Part shown: piece by piece, positions 41,201-52,756 of the stretch
Numbering within the stretch: the first letter of the stretch is position 1
Layout of the letters: every line of letters begins with the position of its first letter
Notes under the pieces: model-generated
Told to the model about the DNA's origin: nothing
Seen by the model: only the letters and a program-made list of their open reading frames with translations
Database searches by the model: none
Assembly: GCA_977020255.1 (NCBI GenBank)
Contig: CDROCS010003074.1
Location: 248,001 to 312,000, forward strand
DNA from: Obrimoposthia wandeli
Taxonomy: Eukaryota
DNA length: 64,000 nt
Direction: 5' to 3'
Position numbers and translations under genes: made by a program

Positions 41201-44200
41201 ATAGTTATTCCAAATATTTTTCAGCATTTATTTATTTGAATTGGAAATTTTTAAAGTTAATAGTTTTGCGAATAATTTATTTATATATTAGGAATTAATC
41301 TGCAGAAGTTTGAAAAGTTGAATACAAGTGAAGTCTCAACGACGTCTTCGATTTTTACTGTGAAACAAGTTTGAAACCATAATTTGTAAACTGAACTCCA
41401 ATATCTTATATCTAAGAAATTTTAGGTAAATTTTAAATAATCCCTTTAAATGATCCCTTTAATATTACAAAACATTTTTTATTGTTTCTATTGGAATTAT
41501 AGTTTCATTTGAAAAAATTCAATAAAATTATTCTAATATGCTAAAAACTGGAAAACTTCGGATATTTTCAACCAGAATATAAAATTAATTTTGTTTTAAA
41601 GGCTCCTAAATAGTTCATTTTCGGACTCAAGTATTCACGGTATTTTTTTTGTCTAAATTATAAACACATGATTAAAGAAGTAAATTCTATATAGATCTAC
41701 ATATAACACTGTAAATAACAATAATAAAATACAAGAAACGTTTTGCAACAGAGCAGAGGATTCAAAAAAATTATTGCACAATAATACTCTGAATCTAAAG
41801 AGATTTTCATGTCCAAGTAAGGAATTATTAAGGACCATTATTCAAATTTAATAATATATTTATTGTTAAGTAACAAGTACTAAATTATAAATTTCAGGGA
41901 ACGCTTTGCAACACAACAGATGATTCTAAAAAACAATTCACTTAATAATGTATATTAATTTTTATATTAATTTTAATATGACCAATTTCAGATCAAAATG
42001 TTGACAGTGAAAACTCGAGGTTTAATGTCTACAATTATGTATATAAGTTATGATAATAAATTATTTATACCATTTTTTTTCATTCAAATATAACTAATGT
42101 TAATAATATTAAAATTTTTGAATTATTTTAAAGTTAAATTATTTTTTGTAACATATATTTATTTAACAAATAAAATTATTTTTAATGTATTTAATTTATA
42201 TTCAAACTTAACATTAAATTAACCCCAATTAATTATGCAATTTGAAATATTACAAACATCAAACAATACATTTTAGTCTTTTTTATTACTTATTTCCTCT
42301 TTTAATTTATATATATATATATATTTAGCAATATTAAGCATAGCTTTGTCGTCAATTTAACATTAAAAGATTAAAAATAATTAAAATGAAACATGTTAGT
42401 GAATTGTTTTTTAGAAAGTTAAAAATAATTAAAATGATTAGGAATAAATGATACCAAATGGAATTATTCTTTTGTGAGTGAATATTAATTTTATTGTTTA
42501 GGTCATAGTTAATGGTAATTACATTTATAATGCCGGAAATGAACGTTGACAAACATCTACAGATGAAATTATTTTCAGAATTGTAAAAAACTAATAGACA
42601 AGGACTTTTTGGTTCCCTTTGGAAGGTGGTACCGTGAGAAAAGAGCAGTACTCCACAGTTTCAGAGAGTAGCATGAAAAGACCAATGGAGGAGTGGTATA
42701 TCAACGCATGATCGATTTCTCTGCCATACAACCGAAATCATATCTAACTATCTGAAAGATGATAGTGTAAGGCTGCTTGACTGGCATCGGAATAGCCCAG
42801 ATCTAAACGTTTGAAAGTCTTTGGCAAATGGAAACAGACCGAAGAAAACGTGAAAATCTACCAACAGAACAGCAGCTCGTGTCCAGAGTCATTTATTATT
42901 GAAAGCATGACTCTGGTATCAAGAAACTCCTCGCAATATTTTTTGATTTAATATCCCCGTAGAAAGCAAACAGCAAAAGGAGCGTACAAACATGAAGAAT
43001 ATTATGTGTTAATTTAATGTAAATATAAGTCTATATAGTGTAGAGTTTTACTTGCTTTTACCTACCAGGGCATAGGCTCACTATAACTACTTAATAAATA
43101 CTTCATTAGTTTAACTTCTTTTTTTATTCATTTTTCAATATAAATAAATTTTATTTTTATTCTACACTTTATGGTTTTAAGTATTTTAAAATAAGTAGGG
43201 GTTCCAATATTTTTTAAAAAATACCAAAGGGCTCCGCTGCCACAAAACGTTAGAATCCCATTTAGAAATACATTTGTTTCAATAGGATTAATAAAAATAT
43301 ATTATATGATTATGATTTGCAAGCTAGTAGAATTGGTTTAGGACATTGATCATTTTGACCTACATTCTCTGTCCCTCAGTTTTGGCGCTGCCCTACATTC
43401 TTGCCTTCACTCACAATGCCATCGAGATTCGTCTCGTCGTAAATGGCAGTCTCGTTCATACAATGTCCGTCCCCAACTGCAGACTTATAACTTCCAAGGT
43501 TGGTAACTTCATTCCGATCTTTGTTCCAGGGTCATTTACATCCACAGAACGCGCAAACAAAATCACTTTGGCAACAGCACACATGCCTTGTCAGTGACTA
43601 GTATTATCAATTTACTCACAATCTACGTAATGTAATTGAAAATATTATGTTATTTACACAAAATACGCAGAAAAAAGGGTTAATGTTTAAGAAGTTGTCG
43701 GTTTGAAATTCGCTTTATTTAATATAAAAATATGATGAACTAAAACAACTTTCTCGTTCCTTAATCGTATAAATTACAAGAAAATCACCTTGATTTAGAT
43801 TCCTTACATTTTGTATAATTTGTTTTGGTTTAAATTAATCGTCAAAATATTTTTGTGTGAGTTTCCGCTAGAAAATTCTAAACTAAGAAGAAATTTAGAA
43901 GAAAATAATCACTAATAAAATAGGAATTTTAAAGAAAATGTTACAATAAAATTGTCAAAATGTGCAAAAGGTAGACCAACCTATGACATCAGTAAGAATT
44001 ACACAGTGAATTTTTTGTATTTCCAAAAGTTAAATTTCTCAAAAAGGGAGTAAAGTAAATAAAATTACAAATAAATCTCATACTCACAAGTTTTCAATTC
44101 TTAATACAATAATATTATATAATTTAATACATGAAAGCGCTTCCTGTTTTTCAATTTTCTTTGTGATATTTTCTGAACAATAAAGTCTTCAGTTGCTTCT

Positions 44201-47200
44201 TCGATTTTTCAACATTGTTACAGAAGATATTTATTACTTCAAAATTTCTGTAACAATCTATTGTCGTCATAGTTTCTTTTTAAATAACATAATTTTAAAT
44301 AAAAAGAAGAGTTTTGAATTCAGTTCTTCCACTGATCAAATGTACTACCCCGTTTCTTTAACGTGCATTTAATTTTAGTGGTTTTGTTTAAATGTTTTTC
44401 AATCGATTTAATTGTTAAGCTGAAATATTAAACAGTAAAGAAATTTGAAAATCATCTTTATATAATTATGGCATGTGTATGCATTGCAGTTTTCTCAGTA
44501 GTAAGGTATTTTCTTATAATATAAATATTTTGATATGACTGTTGCGTGTTCTTATCACAATTGATTTTATCGTTCATTTTAATATTTTCATCGATATGTA
44601 TAAAATTTATGTCTCTTTGATAATTTTTACATTTTTCTTAGATCCAAATAATATAGCCTCAGTTTAATTTTCATTCATTTTCAATTGTTGTGAATTCATC
44701 CAAAATTTGTTTTATTTCAAAAATGTGATTTCCTAGTCTTCGGAATCAAAATCAACACAAAGAGTGTTATCAGCATGAAAGTGAAAATTATGTTAAATTT
44801 TATTGAAAAGTTTCAAAAAATCAATGGTTAAGTCAATATTACTTTTTATATATATTTTAACTCTGTTAAAGTTACATTTCAATTTATTTAATTTAAGTTC
44901 AGAAGTCAAAAATAGTTATTCAAAGACAATTCAAATATTATTGTACAAGATCTCTAAAACTGAAACTTGTCATCAAAGTGGAATTTACAAACATTCTATT
45001 GTCAGAAGCAATATTAAAATATTAGCTCTCCAAAAAGTTTATTAAAATTTTCCATTTTAAGGTTTCTATCTTTTGTTTCTTAGCTTAAAAGAAATTATAT
45101 TGTAAAACAGGTAATTTTTACATTATCATAACTTTGCGTAGGGATAATTCCTCACAAAAGCGAGCTTAACATGATCATTTAGATTACAAACCTTTAATTT
45201 ACTGATCAGTAACCCTCTAAAGTTACAATTCACCAGTGGGATATTTTTGATTAACCTTACACTTCTGTAAATTAAACTTTTTGATTATGTATGTTTATAA
45301 ATCTCATCAAAACGAAGCTTTCCCCAAAACTCCTTAATATTTATTATTGCCTCTGAGCCATCAAAATAAACCTCCCGGGGCCAACCCAATGATGGATTAC
45401 TAAATCATAGTTTTAAAGAGAGATTATATGAAACATTTCATCAAACAGTTGCAAAATGGAGAAATTATCTATGGTATTAAAGTTGAACCGAAGCAAGCGA
45501 CGATAAAAACTATTATGAATCATATAAAGTGTAGTATTTTGTTATTGTTATAAATTTTGCGCTTCCTTTTAAACTTTTACAATATATAATTATTTTGCTA
45601 CTTATTGACCTTGACTTTAATATATCTCGTAAAATTACGCAAACTTCATTTTATACGGTATTTTTAAATAGAATATATAATAGTCACTTAAGCGTAAACA
45701 AAAGTTGTAAATATGTATTATTACTGATAATGCAACACTTGTAAAGAAATATTTATGAGGTAATTAAACATTTCTATTTGAAAAATGGGGTTGATTCGTT
45801 ACAATTTTAATTTAAACAAGCAAATAAATGAGAATATACATGTATAAATATATTTTAAAATTATAAATAGGGAATACAAAATTTTCCTATTCAAGCATGT
45901 TTTGGATAAAAATGTATTTATTTTAAATTTCTCTGATTTCCACATTCTATAAGTAAGTTGCCTTATCACTATTGTTAGTATTCTTTGCCCAATTTTCTCT
46001 CAAACAAGCTGGAATACTTCAACAAATACTAAATTGAGTTTTTAATGTTCATAATATTCCGAGCAATAATTAAACCTACAAAATGATTAAAAAATAACTA
46101 TATATCATAACAACCTTTCTCGAAAAGCTTTTAACCATTCTACATTTCTGAATATATCTTATATTTCGCAATTTTAGTTTAAATCTTCTTTCATGAATCT
46201 TTTTTTGTCATTTTTACTGCTATTTTTCCGTTCATATCTGTTGTCTGTTTTTACTGAGACTTCATCGTCAACTTTGAATTTTCTTTCAGTTTTAACAATC
46301 AATATTTCCCTTTAATCGGTTATTTTGCCAGCAAATTCTCTGCGTATTTCATTTCCAAACACGATTTCTACTGGAGACTTCCCAAGAGCATTTTACGTAA
46401 GGTATTCAACATAACCTTTAGTTACGGGACTCCTCTTCTTGTGCAATTTATCTTTAAAAATGGGTTCTAGAGTCTGTGGGAAAATAAGTTATCAGTTGAA
46501 CGAAATGCTTTGATTTTTTTGCGTATCATTTGCAACACATGCATGAAAAGGAAAAGTACTTGACTATATATATAGACTAATACCCTAAGAACAGTTTGGA
46601 TTTTCATGGTACGAAATATCCTTTCAATTTAGTCATTGACATTGGATTTAAAAATTGCAAAAACTCCTTACTCAATATTTTCATCAAAGCAAATTCGAAA
46701 CCTCTACCTCTATTTTATATGTTACTCTTGGAGCTCCATTGGATTTTCTGTACTTTTCTAATTCATCTAATTCATTTACTGCTGACACATATTTACACTT
46801 TGGATCAATAATAGCCATGGTGCACTTCTTGTGATAAAAACTGGTTGGGAAAGATGCCCAAATATCCACGAAATTTGAATATCTTCTTGTAGATAGAGTA
46901 AGTAGCTCATTTGAATGTCGAATACACCAATGTCACCAACTATCTCGTTATCTTCTTTAAACTTATTTTTTAAAGTTGTCTTTTTCTGGGAAATATTCAC
47001 AAATACAAACTACAGAAAAATGATTAAAAACAACCAACACGTATCATTCGAGATATTACTTATGTAATGAATCATGGTTAACTATATCAAATGCTGAAAG
47101 TCGTTGTTTGCTTGTGGACGTTTATGATGACAATGATACTTCTGAAAGAAGTCGTAGAGATTGGTCTCGACGATTTAGAAACTATTATTTCGATATGAAA

Positions 47201-49688
47201 GACAAAAACGCTCTGATGCGTCAAAAATTGAAGATGATAAATTGAAAGTACTACTTGACAACCATCAATGTCAAACACTGAAAGAGCTCTTAGATTAATA
47301 AAATGTTGATGAATCAACTCTAAGCAAACGTTTAAAAAGCAAAGTGAATGATTGAAAACATGGAGATTAGCTACTAATTATTTTGAAAGAAATATGCATT
47401 AAAAGGAGTTCACGCACGTGCGAATGTAGCTTCAAAACCAGAAAAGAAAGTCATTTTTGTATCCATATGTCACTGGTCAAAAAAAAAGGGATATTTTTGA
47501 TAAATGAAACAAAAGAAAATCATTAATGAAACCAGGCAAAAAATCAACATGAAAACAGAAATGGAAATCTCATCAAATTAAGCCATGAAAAGGGTTTTGC
47601 ATTTTAAAACTGTCTGAAACTATCACTGATGATCGCTACCGAGAACAATTAGTCAAGTTGAGTCGAGAATTAAGGAAATAAACGTCCAAAATATATAAAA
47701 AAACATATCAAAGTAATTGTTCAGTAAACTTTTTAATGTTATGGTTTATTTTAAAAAAAACGCAGCATTATACTCGATTAATTGAAGAGGTTGTCCTCAT
47801 CATCACCCAGATGGACCTGTTTTTCAGCACGTCGGTAGACAACTTATCGAAGCAGCTGATCGAGAGGACGCGCCCGCCCACAATGGCTGCTACCTCTGCC
47901 ACCTCAGTGCCGGCCCTCAGCTGCTCTCCCACCGAAAGGCAGTCCCCACACATCAGCAATCAACATCAGCAGCAGCATGTGCAGCCCATTAGCAGCATAT
48001 CATTCGATCGGAGTTTTCGGATCACCAGCTCGGTCCAGACAGACCCATCATCCACTGACAGTAAGGGCAGCCCTCCTAACTCTAATTAAATACAAACCAA
48101 CATAGCAACAACAATAATAAAACATTTTTAATATGCAGTGAAATCCCGAAAAAACGAAATTCAGTCAACTACGTCTGTCGTTAAATCCAAATTAAGTTGT
48201 TTCAATCTTTCTTCTACCAATCACAATGTTCTCTTTGCACTACAGGACCCAGATATTTGGTCTAGTCCCAAATTGAAATCGTCGGTGTGGTTGTGCACAT
48301 TTCAATTCAAATAACGCCTGTTTTTATACTAGTTCACCTATCCAATGTGAGAGTGAATTTTTCACCTTTTTGCTGAAAAGAATCAATGCATTTTATAGTT
48401 TCCAGTTTGGCTTTTTAAGAAAATGTGTGAACGAGCTTCCAGCTTTTTTCGAAATTCCAGTAGATGGCGAAAGCGTCTTTTTATTCTAATAAATATCACC
48501 AGAGTATTAATTAAATACCTAAAAATCTAAGCTAATATTTTGATTTTGAAAACCGGTTTTCAGTTATTCAAAATATTTAAAACAAAAATAGTTTCCTTAA
48601 GCACTTCTATCTAATAAATCTACTAATTAGCTGTTTTCCATTATTCTTCCTAATATTTTCTAAATAGTAACGTCTCTTACAGTTTCTTATATTCATCTGT
48701 ACATTGTTAAGATTAATAGCATAAATTTCAAATAATACCTCACTATGTTTGATAGTGGAGGATTTATTAACTAATCTGCAGTTATCACATGTTCACTGCA
48801 CCAGCCTCGAGAAGATCATATCTCAATTTTAGATTTTACAAAAGAATACATTTTTGGATAATATGTAGGATCTGAAATTCAATTCTGGTATTGATCGATA
48901 GCCAATGGAACCTTATTAATTTTTCATTTTTACTAGTACTTTTATGTATTTTGAATTTAACCTTGACGGCTTTATTTAATTATTTTTGCAAGCATTTTAA
49001 TTGTTAAACAATAAAGGCTTTTGAAAATCAAATCTTGATGTAATAATCGCACCAAGAAAACAAAACAGTTTTTTTGTAATAGCTCCACGACTTATTTAAA
49101 TATTTTAGATATATGTATTCATATTAAATATTGAAATTTAATTTAAAATATATAAATGAGGGTTCTTGAGTTTCATATCAATTTAATCAAAATTTCATAT
49201 TGAAATTAAAATAAATCAAGTTTTATTTTTTTAATTGCTGCTGTTCACCAGGCACAAGGTTCTCAATAGATAAATCGCATAAATTAAGTTGTTTAAGTAC
49301 ATTTATTTATTTCATTTTCGAAAGGGGCGCCATGTCAAATTATAATATAAAAACTAATGAAAAAGAGCATTAGAATATAAAAGGTTGAAGACCCCTGATA
49401 TAGATAAAGGCTTTTTTCGATTCGGAATCTGTGGTGAACTGTTCGTCCAACTGTTCAGCGTCCTGCTCCAGCCCACGCCACTCCTTGCCTCTGGATCGTC
49501 AGCACATCTACCGTATCCCACTGTCTTCACTGTCTGGCTGTGGACCCAACGAGGACTCTCACACCTCCCCCTTGTCTTCCGACACATGTGTCCCTGGCAA
49601 CCAATGGCAGCAGCTCTCTCCTCAGTCGGACTCGCTTTCTTCCCATGCTCCCTACTTCTACCCCACTGCAGATTCGACCACCCCATAA
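5162..49688 (+). CDS. GARNL3: GARNL3-like RapGAP/CNH-domain protein (15 coding exons in window, 5' part missing)
   Basis: All exons have AG/GT boundaries and compatible phases, summing to 1986 nt (661 aa + stop). Motifs follow vertebrate GARNL3 in order: ERKRHVGNDIV, FSEESVPLFGPPLP, LINGEKA, LNRRAFSD, KGDAPTS, PWQP, TKGCHL, ELLLCYN, EIRLVVNGSLVHT, IYRIPL. Confidence 0.92.
5848..6360 (+). mobile_element. MULE-like DNA transposon fragment
   Basis: FLAYDKSTDSDERVIVFST resembles the pre-catalytic FLxYDxG..RIIIF motif of animal MULE transposases. Confidence 0.5.
7428..7473 (+). CDS. GARNL3: GARNL3-like exon (HIFAIVTFNRPKGVYR)
   Basis: ttcag / gtatgt, 46 nt, phase 1 to 2; bridges the neighbouring exons in frame. 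Confidence 0.88.
8279..9680 (-). mobile_element. Second Ty3/Gypsy remnant of the same family
   Basis: RNase H motif AIAYASRHLTSHEKGYCVTRKELLAV; colinear similarity to 2224-3830 including the LTR edge. Confidence 0.85.
9735..10100 (+). mobile_element. Tc1-like transposase remnant
   Basis: Degenerate QQDNA...LDW...SDLSVIENIW motifs. Confidence 0.65.
11679..11785 (+). CDS. GARNL3: GARNL3-like exon (LSVFSEESVPLFGPPLPFPAEFTNKFEFREFLLVK)
   Basis: ttcag / gtgagt, 107 nt; RapGAP motif. Confidence 0.93.
11926..12035 (+). CDS. GARNL3: GARNL3-like exon (LINGEKAAFHTPVFADKRERTMEMLL...)
   Basis: atcag / gtgagt, 110 nt; RapGAP C-terminal motif. Confidence 0.93.
12937..13050 (+). CDS. GARNL3: GARNL3-like exon (QSYILNRRAFSDIV...FIKFGQ)
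   Basis: tacagcag tandem (NAGNAG) acceptor, so the start could be 12940; gttagt donor; phase 0-0. Confidence 0.88.
13193..13662. other. Assembly gap (470 N)
   Basis: Run of N. Confidence 1.
13666..13715 (+). repeat. (GTGGAT)n microsatellite, ~8 units, abutting the gap
   Basis: Direct reading; one unit also precedes the gap (13187-13192). Confidence 0.95.
14569..14643 (+). CDS. GARNL3: GARNL3-like exon (MLKVNIIIKGDAPTSAITTGIVRRM)
   Basis: ttgcag / gtaagt, 75 nt, phase 0-0. Confidence 0.9.
15490..15790 (-). mobile_element. Tc1/mariner transposase N-terminal remnant
   Basis: Minus-strand YPKSSIINASR...VQNVLRQDLKFYPH matches the HTH-linker region. Confidence 0.5.
17710..19857 (+). mobile_element. 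5'-truncated, degenerate RLE-type (R2/NeSL/Utopia-like) non-LTR retrotransposon
   Basis: RT remnants (FKYL, DHGGFGIP), CCHC-like knuckle (C..VC...ETVSHAIVH) and restriction-like endonuclease motif (LDITVK...YVEIKVPFD), followed by an A-rich 3' end; multiple frameshifts. Confidence 0.75.
21430..22660 (+). mobile_element. BEL/Pao LTR retrotransposon remnant (integrase, C-terminal domain, PPT, LTR start at 22448)
   Basis: HLDGMFEAMVKSVKQ (xHFGGxWExxVKSxK-like), RGTWDLETVIGLMPDSDGKIRV; PPT ggaggggg followed by tgttcagg. Confidence 0.8.
24437..25734 (+). mobile_element. Full-length DD37D (maT) Tc1/mariner transposon, 1298 bp
   Basis: 25-bp TIRs cagggtgcggagaaagt(t/c)cccgatc with 1 mismatch; TA on both sides. 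Confidence 0.96.
24596..25614 (+). pseudogene. maT transposase with a single 1-nt-deletion frameshift near 25110
   Basis: FSDEK...QQDGAP-(37 aa)-SPDLNPLD; the two ORF-track halves join as IPSR/VKSVYRRQKPSSVMVW. Confidence 0.92.
26163..26274 (+). CDS. GARNL3: GARNL3-like exon, start of CNH domain (PWQPKIFANDLHY...GTVLLE)
   Basis: tgcag / gtaatt, 112 nt. Confidence 0.9.
28314..28412 (+). CDS. GARNL3: GARNL3-like exon (ENTAPLLVIEKSWEIKQIAIVESLGILICRCDK)
   Basis: tgcag / gtggga, 99 nt, phase 1-1. Confidence 0.88.
29002..30344. mobile_element. hAT(Charlie)-like non-autonomous element carrying a Tc1 catalytic fragment
   Basis: Ends cagtggttcccaaa / tttggaacccctg; TA-centred but non-identical 8-bp flanks; a paralogous segment lies at ~42630-43260 and a partial one at 54236-54449. 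Confidence 0.5.
30350..31720 (-). mobile_element. Degenerate Ginger/KRBA2(SCAND3)-like rve-integrase DNA transposon
   Basis: Minus-strand LKSKRVAEV..IFGA.DIWQS..GR, HGR...Q...VER and C-terminal GGQGLSRCNC...CKSNSC cysteine cluster; ATG near 31718. Confidence 0.75.
32193..33250. repeat. Tandem array of a 50-51-bp unit, ~20 copies
   Basis: Unit ttcactttttgtttacttcaaaatc(t/c)gttta(c/t)taaaa(a)tcactaattcaa(a). Confidence 0.97.
33318..33650. repeat. ~4 imperfect tandem copies of a 74-89-bp unit
   Basis: Core gctgtctgagtaatttcctc...ctggctcgattcaatttggtcgactctgaattctccgagtt. Confidence 0.9.
34388..34915 (-). CDS. Intronless RING-H2 (C3H2C3) zinc-finger protein, putative E3 ligase
   Basis: CSVC...CRHKFHEEC...CPLC plus a second cluster CIGGIHCQCYVC; ATG directly follows ttattttcttatgcag. 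Confidence 0.8.
   Translation of the reverse strand: MKCSVCMEKIWAVSASPVGCRHKFHEECLYLWAKARPPGHITCPLCRTPFAKWTLQSRGRHKGTRSPASCIGGIHCQCYVCLARRRDTQLGIRERWRSSRDCHSWFTRRHWIENHAMNGQHFDLFIESPHLTRSQQLHLYNGDSPSFPDLPLEQVLRYLASRNQPTITIDLTYDN
35257..35561 (-). pseudogene. Paralogous RING-H2 ORF with a 1-nt frameshift in a C-run at ~35452-35457
   Basis: CSIC...CDHLFHVEC in one frame continues as CPMC...CWKTICDCWCSFC in the next; adding one C restores the full RING. Confidence 0.75.
38496..38606 (+). CDS. GARNL3: GARNL3-like exon (GRDSKVAVMQLSEL...MDRTK)
   Basis: tgtag / gttcgt, 111 nt, phase 1-1. Confidence 0.88.
38805..38977 (+). CDS. GARNL3: GARNL3-like exon (GCHLFELSR...FHFVR)
   Basis: tgcag / gtgagt, 173 nt. 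Confidence 0.92.
39086..39305 (+). CDS. GARNL3: GARNL3-like exon (ELPTFEMAQ...EPELLLCYN)
   Basis: tgcag / gtacgt, 220 nt; CNH motif. Confidence 0.92.
40322..40423 (+). CDS. GARNL3: GARNL3-like exon (RTCHFQKI...DFSWNFEPKNI)
   Basis: tgcag / gtaagt, 102 nt, phase 1-1. Confidence 0.88.
43380..43498 (+). CDS. GARNL3: GARNL3-like exon (ILALPYILAFTHNAIEIRLVVNGSLVHTMSVPNCRLITSK)
   Basis: ctcag / gttggt, 119 nt; end of CNH domain. Confidence 0.92.
46190..46600 (-). mobile_element. Short Gypsy integrase remnant
   Basis: Resembles the integrase C-terminal parts of the two copies above (KSPVEIVFG-like, KFKVDDEV-like). Confidence 0.45.
47040..47700 (+). mobile_element. Mariner (Mos1-like) transposase remnant
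   Basis: DVYDDNDTSERSRRDWSRRFRN..FDMKDK...IEDDKLKVLLDNHQCQTLKEL. Confidence 0.75.
47811..48060 (+). CDS. GARNL3: GARNL3-like exon (MDLFFSTSVD... S/T/Q-rich)
   Basis: cccag / gtaagg, 250 nt. Confidence 0.82.
49459..49688 (+). CDS. GARNL3: GARNL3-like probable last coding exon (...RQHIYRIPLSSLSG...STTP*)
   Basis: ttcag at 49454-49458 is the phase-compatible acceptor after the in-frame stop at 49401; IYRIPL resembles GARNL3 LYKIPL. Acceptor choice is inferred. Confidence 0.65.
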
Positions 49689-52600
49689 CTATAGAGATTG
49701 AGGGTTATGGTGTGTGTGTCACGTCACCAACTTTCTTCACCACAACTTTATCACAGTTTTCAAAAATGGAAATCACAGACGTTTAAAATATTTTAAAATT
49801 TACTTATTTATTCTTAAACAACTTGGTTAGCAAATGCATAAAATTCAATAAATTCAATAAACTTGATAAAATAATTTATTAGTGTTTTGTAATTTTGAAG
49901 TCTATTTGTGATTTCCAGATTGATTACTTAACTTTGATAAAAATCACAAGCACACACAGGTGTGTATAATAAAATGAGTCAAAATATTTTTCAATATATT
50001 TTAAAATAATCTGTAACTAGTGGCTTAGTTAAATTAAAGCTGTTAAAATTGCTTAAGATCCAGGGTGATCCAGCTCGTCTTGCCAATCTTTCATTTTTAT
50101 AAGAGCATAAACCTTTAGACAACTTGGCAAGTAGATTAACACGATATAATTGATACAAAATATGCATTACCGATCACTATTCGTTTGAATCATAAAAGCC
50201 ATTGTAGCTATTTATTGTGCCATTTAGAAGCATTTCTGACAACTTAATGAAATTCAATTCTATTTTGTGCATCCCTGTTTTTACCCTTTGAACCATTTGT
50301 ACTTGAATGGACACACATGATCTGATGTCAAGTTTTCCGGTGTCTAATCGTACTGTCAGAGGATCGTTGTCCGGTTTCTTTAAAGTTTCGGATCAACACA
50401 GTTTGAGCACCAATCTCTGTATTTTGATCATGTGTGTAGCCGTACGGCAAAAAGCAGGATCGCCAGTACATAGTTGGAAACATTATTTGAAGCTAAAATA
50501 AGGTAAACGACAATTTCCTAATTTTATCCACTGAAAACATTATTAGCTAATTTTCTAAACATGCTCATTAGAAATTGTTGGAACTTTTACCGTTTTTTTC
50601 GTTTAACTCAAACATTAACATGTACACTAGTATTGTGTTGACCTTTTAAACCATAACATCCACCTTAACATGCACCTGGATCGTACTTTAGTTACCTTGT
50701 GGATCGCACAAGCAACAGCAATTCGATCCTTTATTTGAAAAATAACCTCGGTAAGCTCTTTCAAATTATTTAGTTTGTTCTCGAAAATAATCGATAAAAG
50801 CAAAGTTTTATACTATTTTACAAATCAGTGTCACTTTTAAAATATGTTTGTTAGTTCAACTTGACAACGTGTGTGTTCTTGTGTGTTGCTTCTAGATCCC
50901 TCCTCCGCATTTGTTTGCACATATACAATTTTTGTATCGGTTGTTACTCAGATACCTATCTTTAGGATCACTCTTTGTAGGTCTCTGGAACTATACAGTT
51001 TAGATATAAATGTTGTTGTTTTTAATTTCAATGACCCTTGTAGAGAATTAAATTAAAATTATTAATCACACGACAATTCAGAATCGATATAGATAAAACA
51101 TTGAGATAAATCCATCAATAAAAAAAGATTTTTATAACAAAAGTTGAAAGAAATTAGATAAAAATAAAAAGGTACGAAATTTAAAAATTGTTTCGATATG
51201 AAAACTATCATCAGTACTGGGTAAAATGTAAACGTCTTTCATTAAATATGTTGACTGTAGCATAGCGCAACATCCCAAAAATGACATTTTTTTAATTGAA
51301 AACTGTGACACATGAAAAAAGTTACTTTTGCCGAGAGACAATAGCAAATGTATTTGATAGAACAAACAGGGTCCGTTTTTACGGGGGAGTCTTTGTACGC
51401 GGAAAGTATAATAACTTCAAAATATAATTTTATTTTAATGTAAAATATGAAAAAAATCATAAGTCAATTATTTGACATAAGGGAAAAAGCGAAGTGTGAT
51501 TTGACATGCTGAAAGATGTTAAATGAAACAATTAGTAAAATGAATGCTATGCAACAAAAATGTCATGAAGAAAATACGTGAAGAAATCAAACAAGGTGGT
51601 ATATGCCGAAAAAGAAAAGGATTCATTTAATTTCTGAATCAATTTTTCAAACAAAACAATTACGTTAGCTTAATTTGTTTCAACATTTTTCATCATATTA
51701 AAAATTGAGTTTCTTATCGTAACTTAACTGACTATAATTTCAGTTTAAACACAAATTTATTGAATTTTATTTACCTTTCTGAAAGATGATTTTAACTATT
51801 TTCATAAATTTTCTTCAATATACTTAGAATAGTATTAGATTGGTTTAATTACCGTACTTTCCACAATTAAGACCTACAGCCTCACGAAACAGAACCTTAA
51901 TTCACACTCTGGAATAATCCCATCGGTATCCTTTGATTTAAATCAATTTTATTTTAAAGATGACCATTAAATTGACGACAAATCTATGCTTAGTATTTTT
52001 TGCTAAACATATATTCAAAGAGAAAATAAGTAATAAATTATATGCTTCGGAAAAATATGATTTCAAGCTTGAATATAAAATAAACCATTTTAAAAGCTAC
52101 TTGTTAAACAAATAAAGGTTATAAAAATAATTTAAACTTCAAAATAATTCACTATAATCTATTTTATTAGCTTTAGTTTAAATTATATGAAAAAATTAGT
52201 TTTAATAGTAGAAAATAATTCTTTCGAAACAAGTTTTTCTAAATGTTGCCTGTTTAAGATGTTTTAGTTAAAATGTTCTCAGTTTTTACCATTAATTAGC
52301 AATTATGAATGGTAGAAGTGAAAAGTTAGAAATATTTTCATTTTTAATGGGGTTATTCTCGTGTTAACATAACTTAACTCTTTTTATTTATATTTTGATA
52401 CATCAAAGTAAAATAGCATGAACTTGTTTAATAATCATTTTACTACATATTAATACACAGTAAGCTATAATCTATACCCAGTTTAAAAAAACATCATAAA
52501 CCATTTTTACAGCCTTAATTGTAAGCTGGTTATTATGAACGACTTTGACAGAATATCTTTGCGTATATAAATATGTAAATTGTGACAATAAACGATATTT

Positions 52601-52756
52601 TGTATGTGCATCAAACGAATTTTTGGACGAAAATAAAATGAATTATATCGATGATTGATGATTTATTATTAGAGTGCACAATCCAACACAATTCGAAAAT
52701 AGATCAATACAATTAATTGCATAATTTTACAATTAGTTTAATTCGTGTCATTTACA

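Noticed and set aside
49385-49786. 133-aa hydrophobic ORF as the GARNL3 last exon or a separate gene
   Set aside because: The overlapping frame carries the GARNL3-like IYRIPL motif; this frame has no recognisable features.
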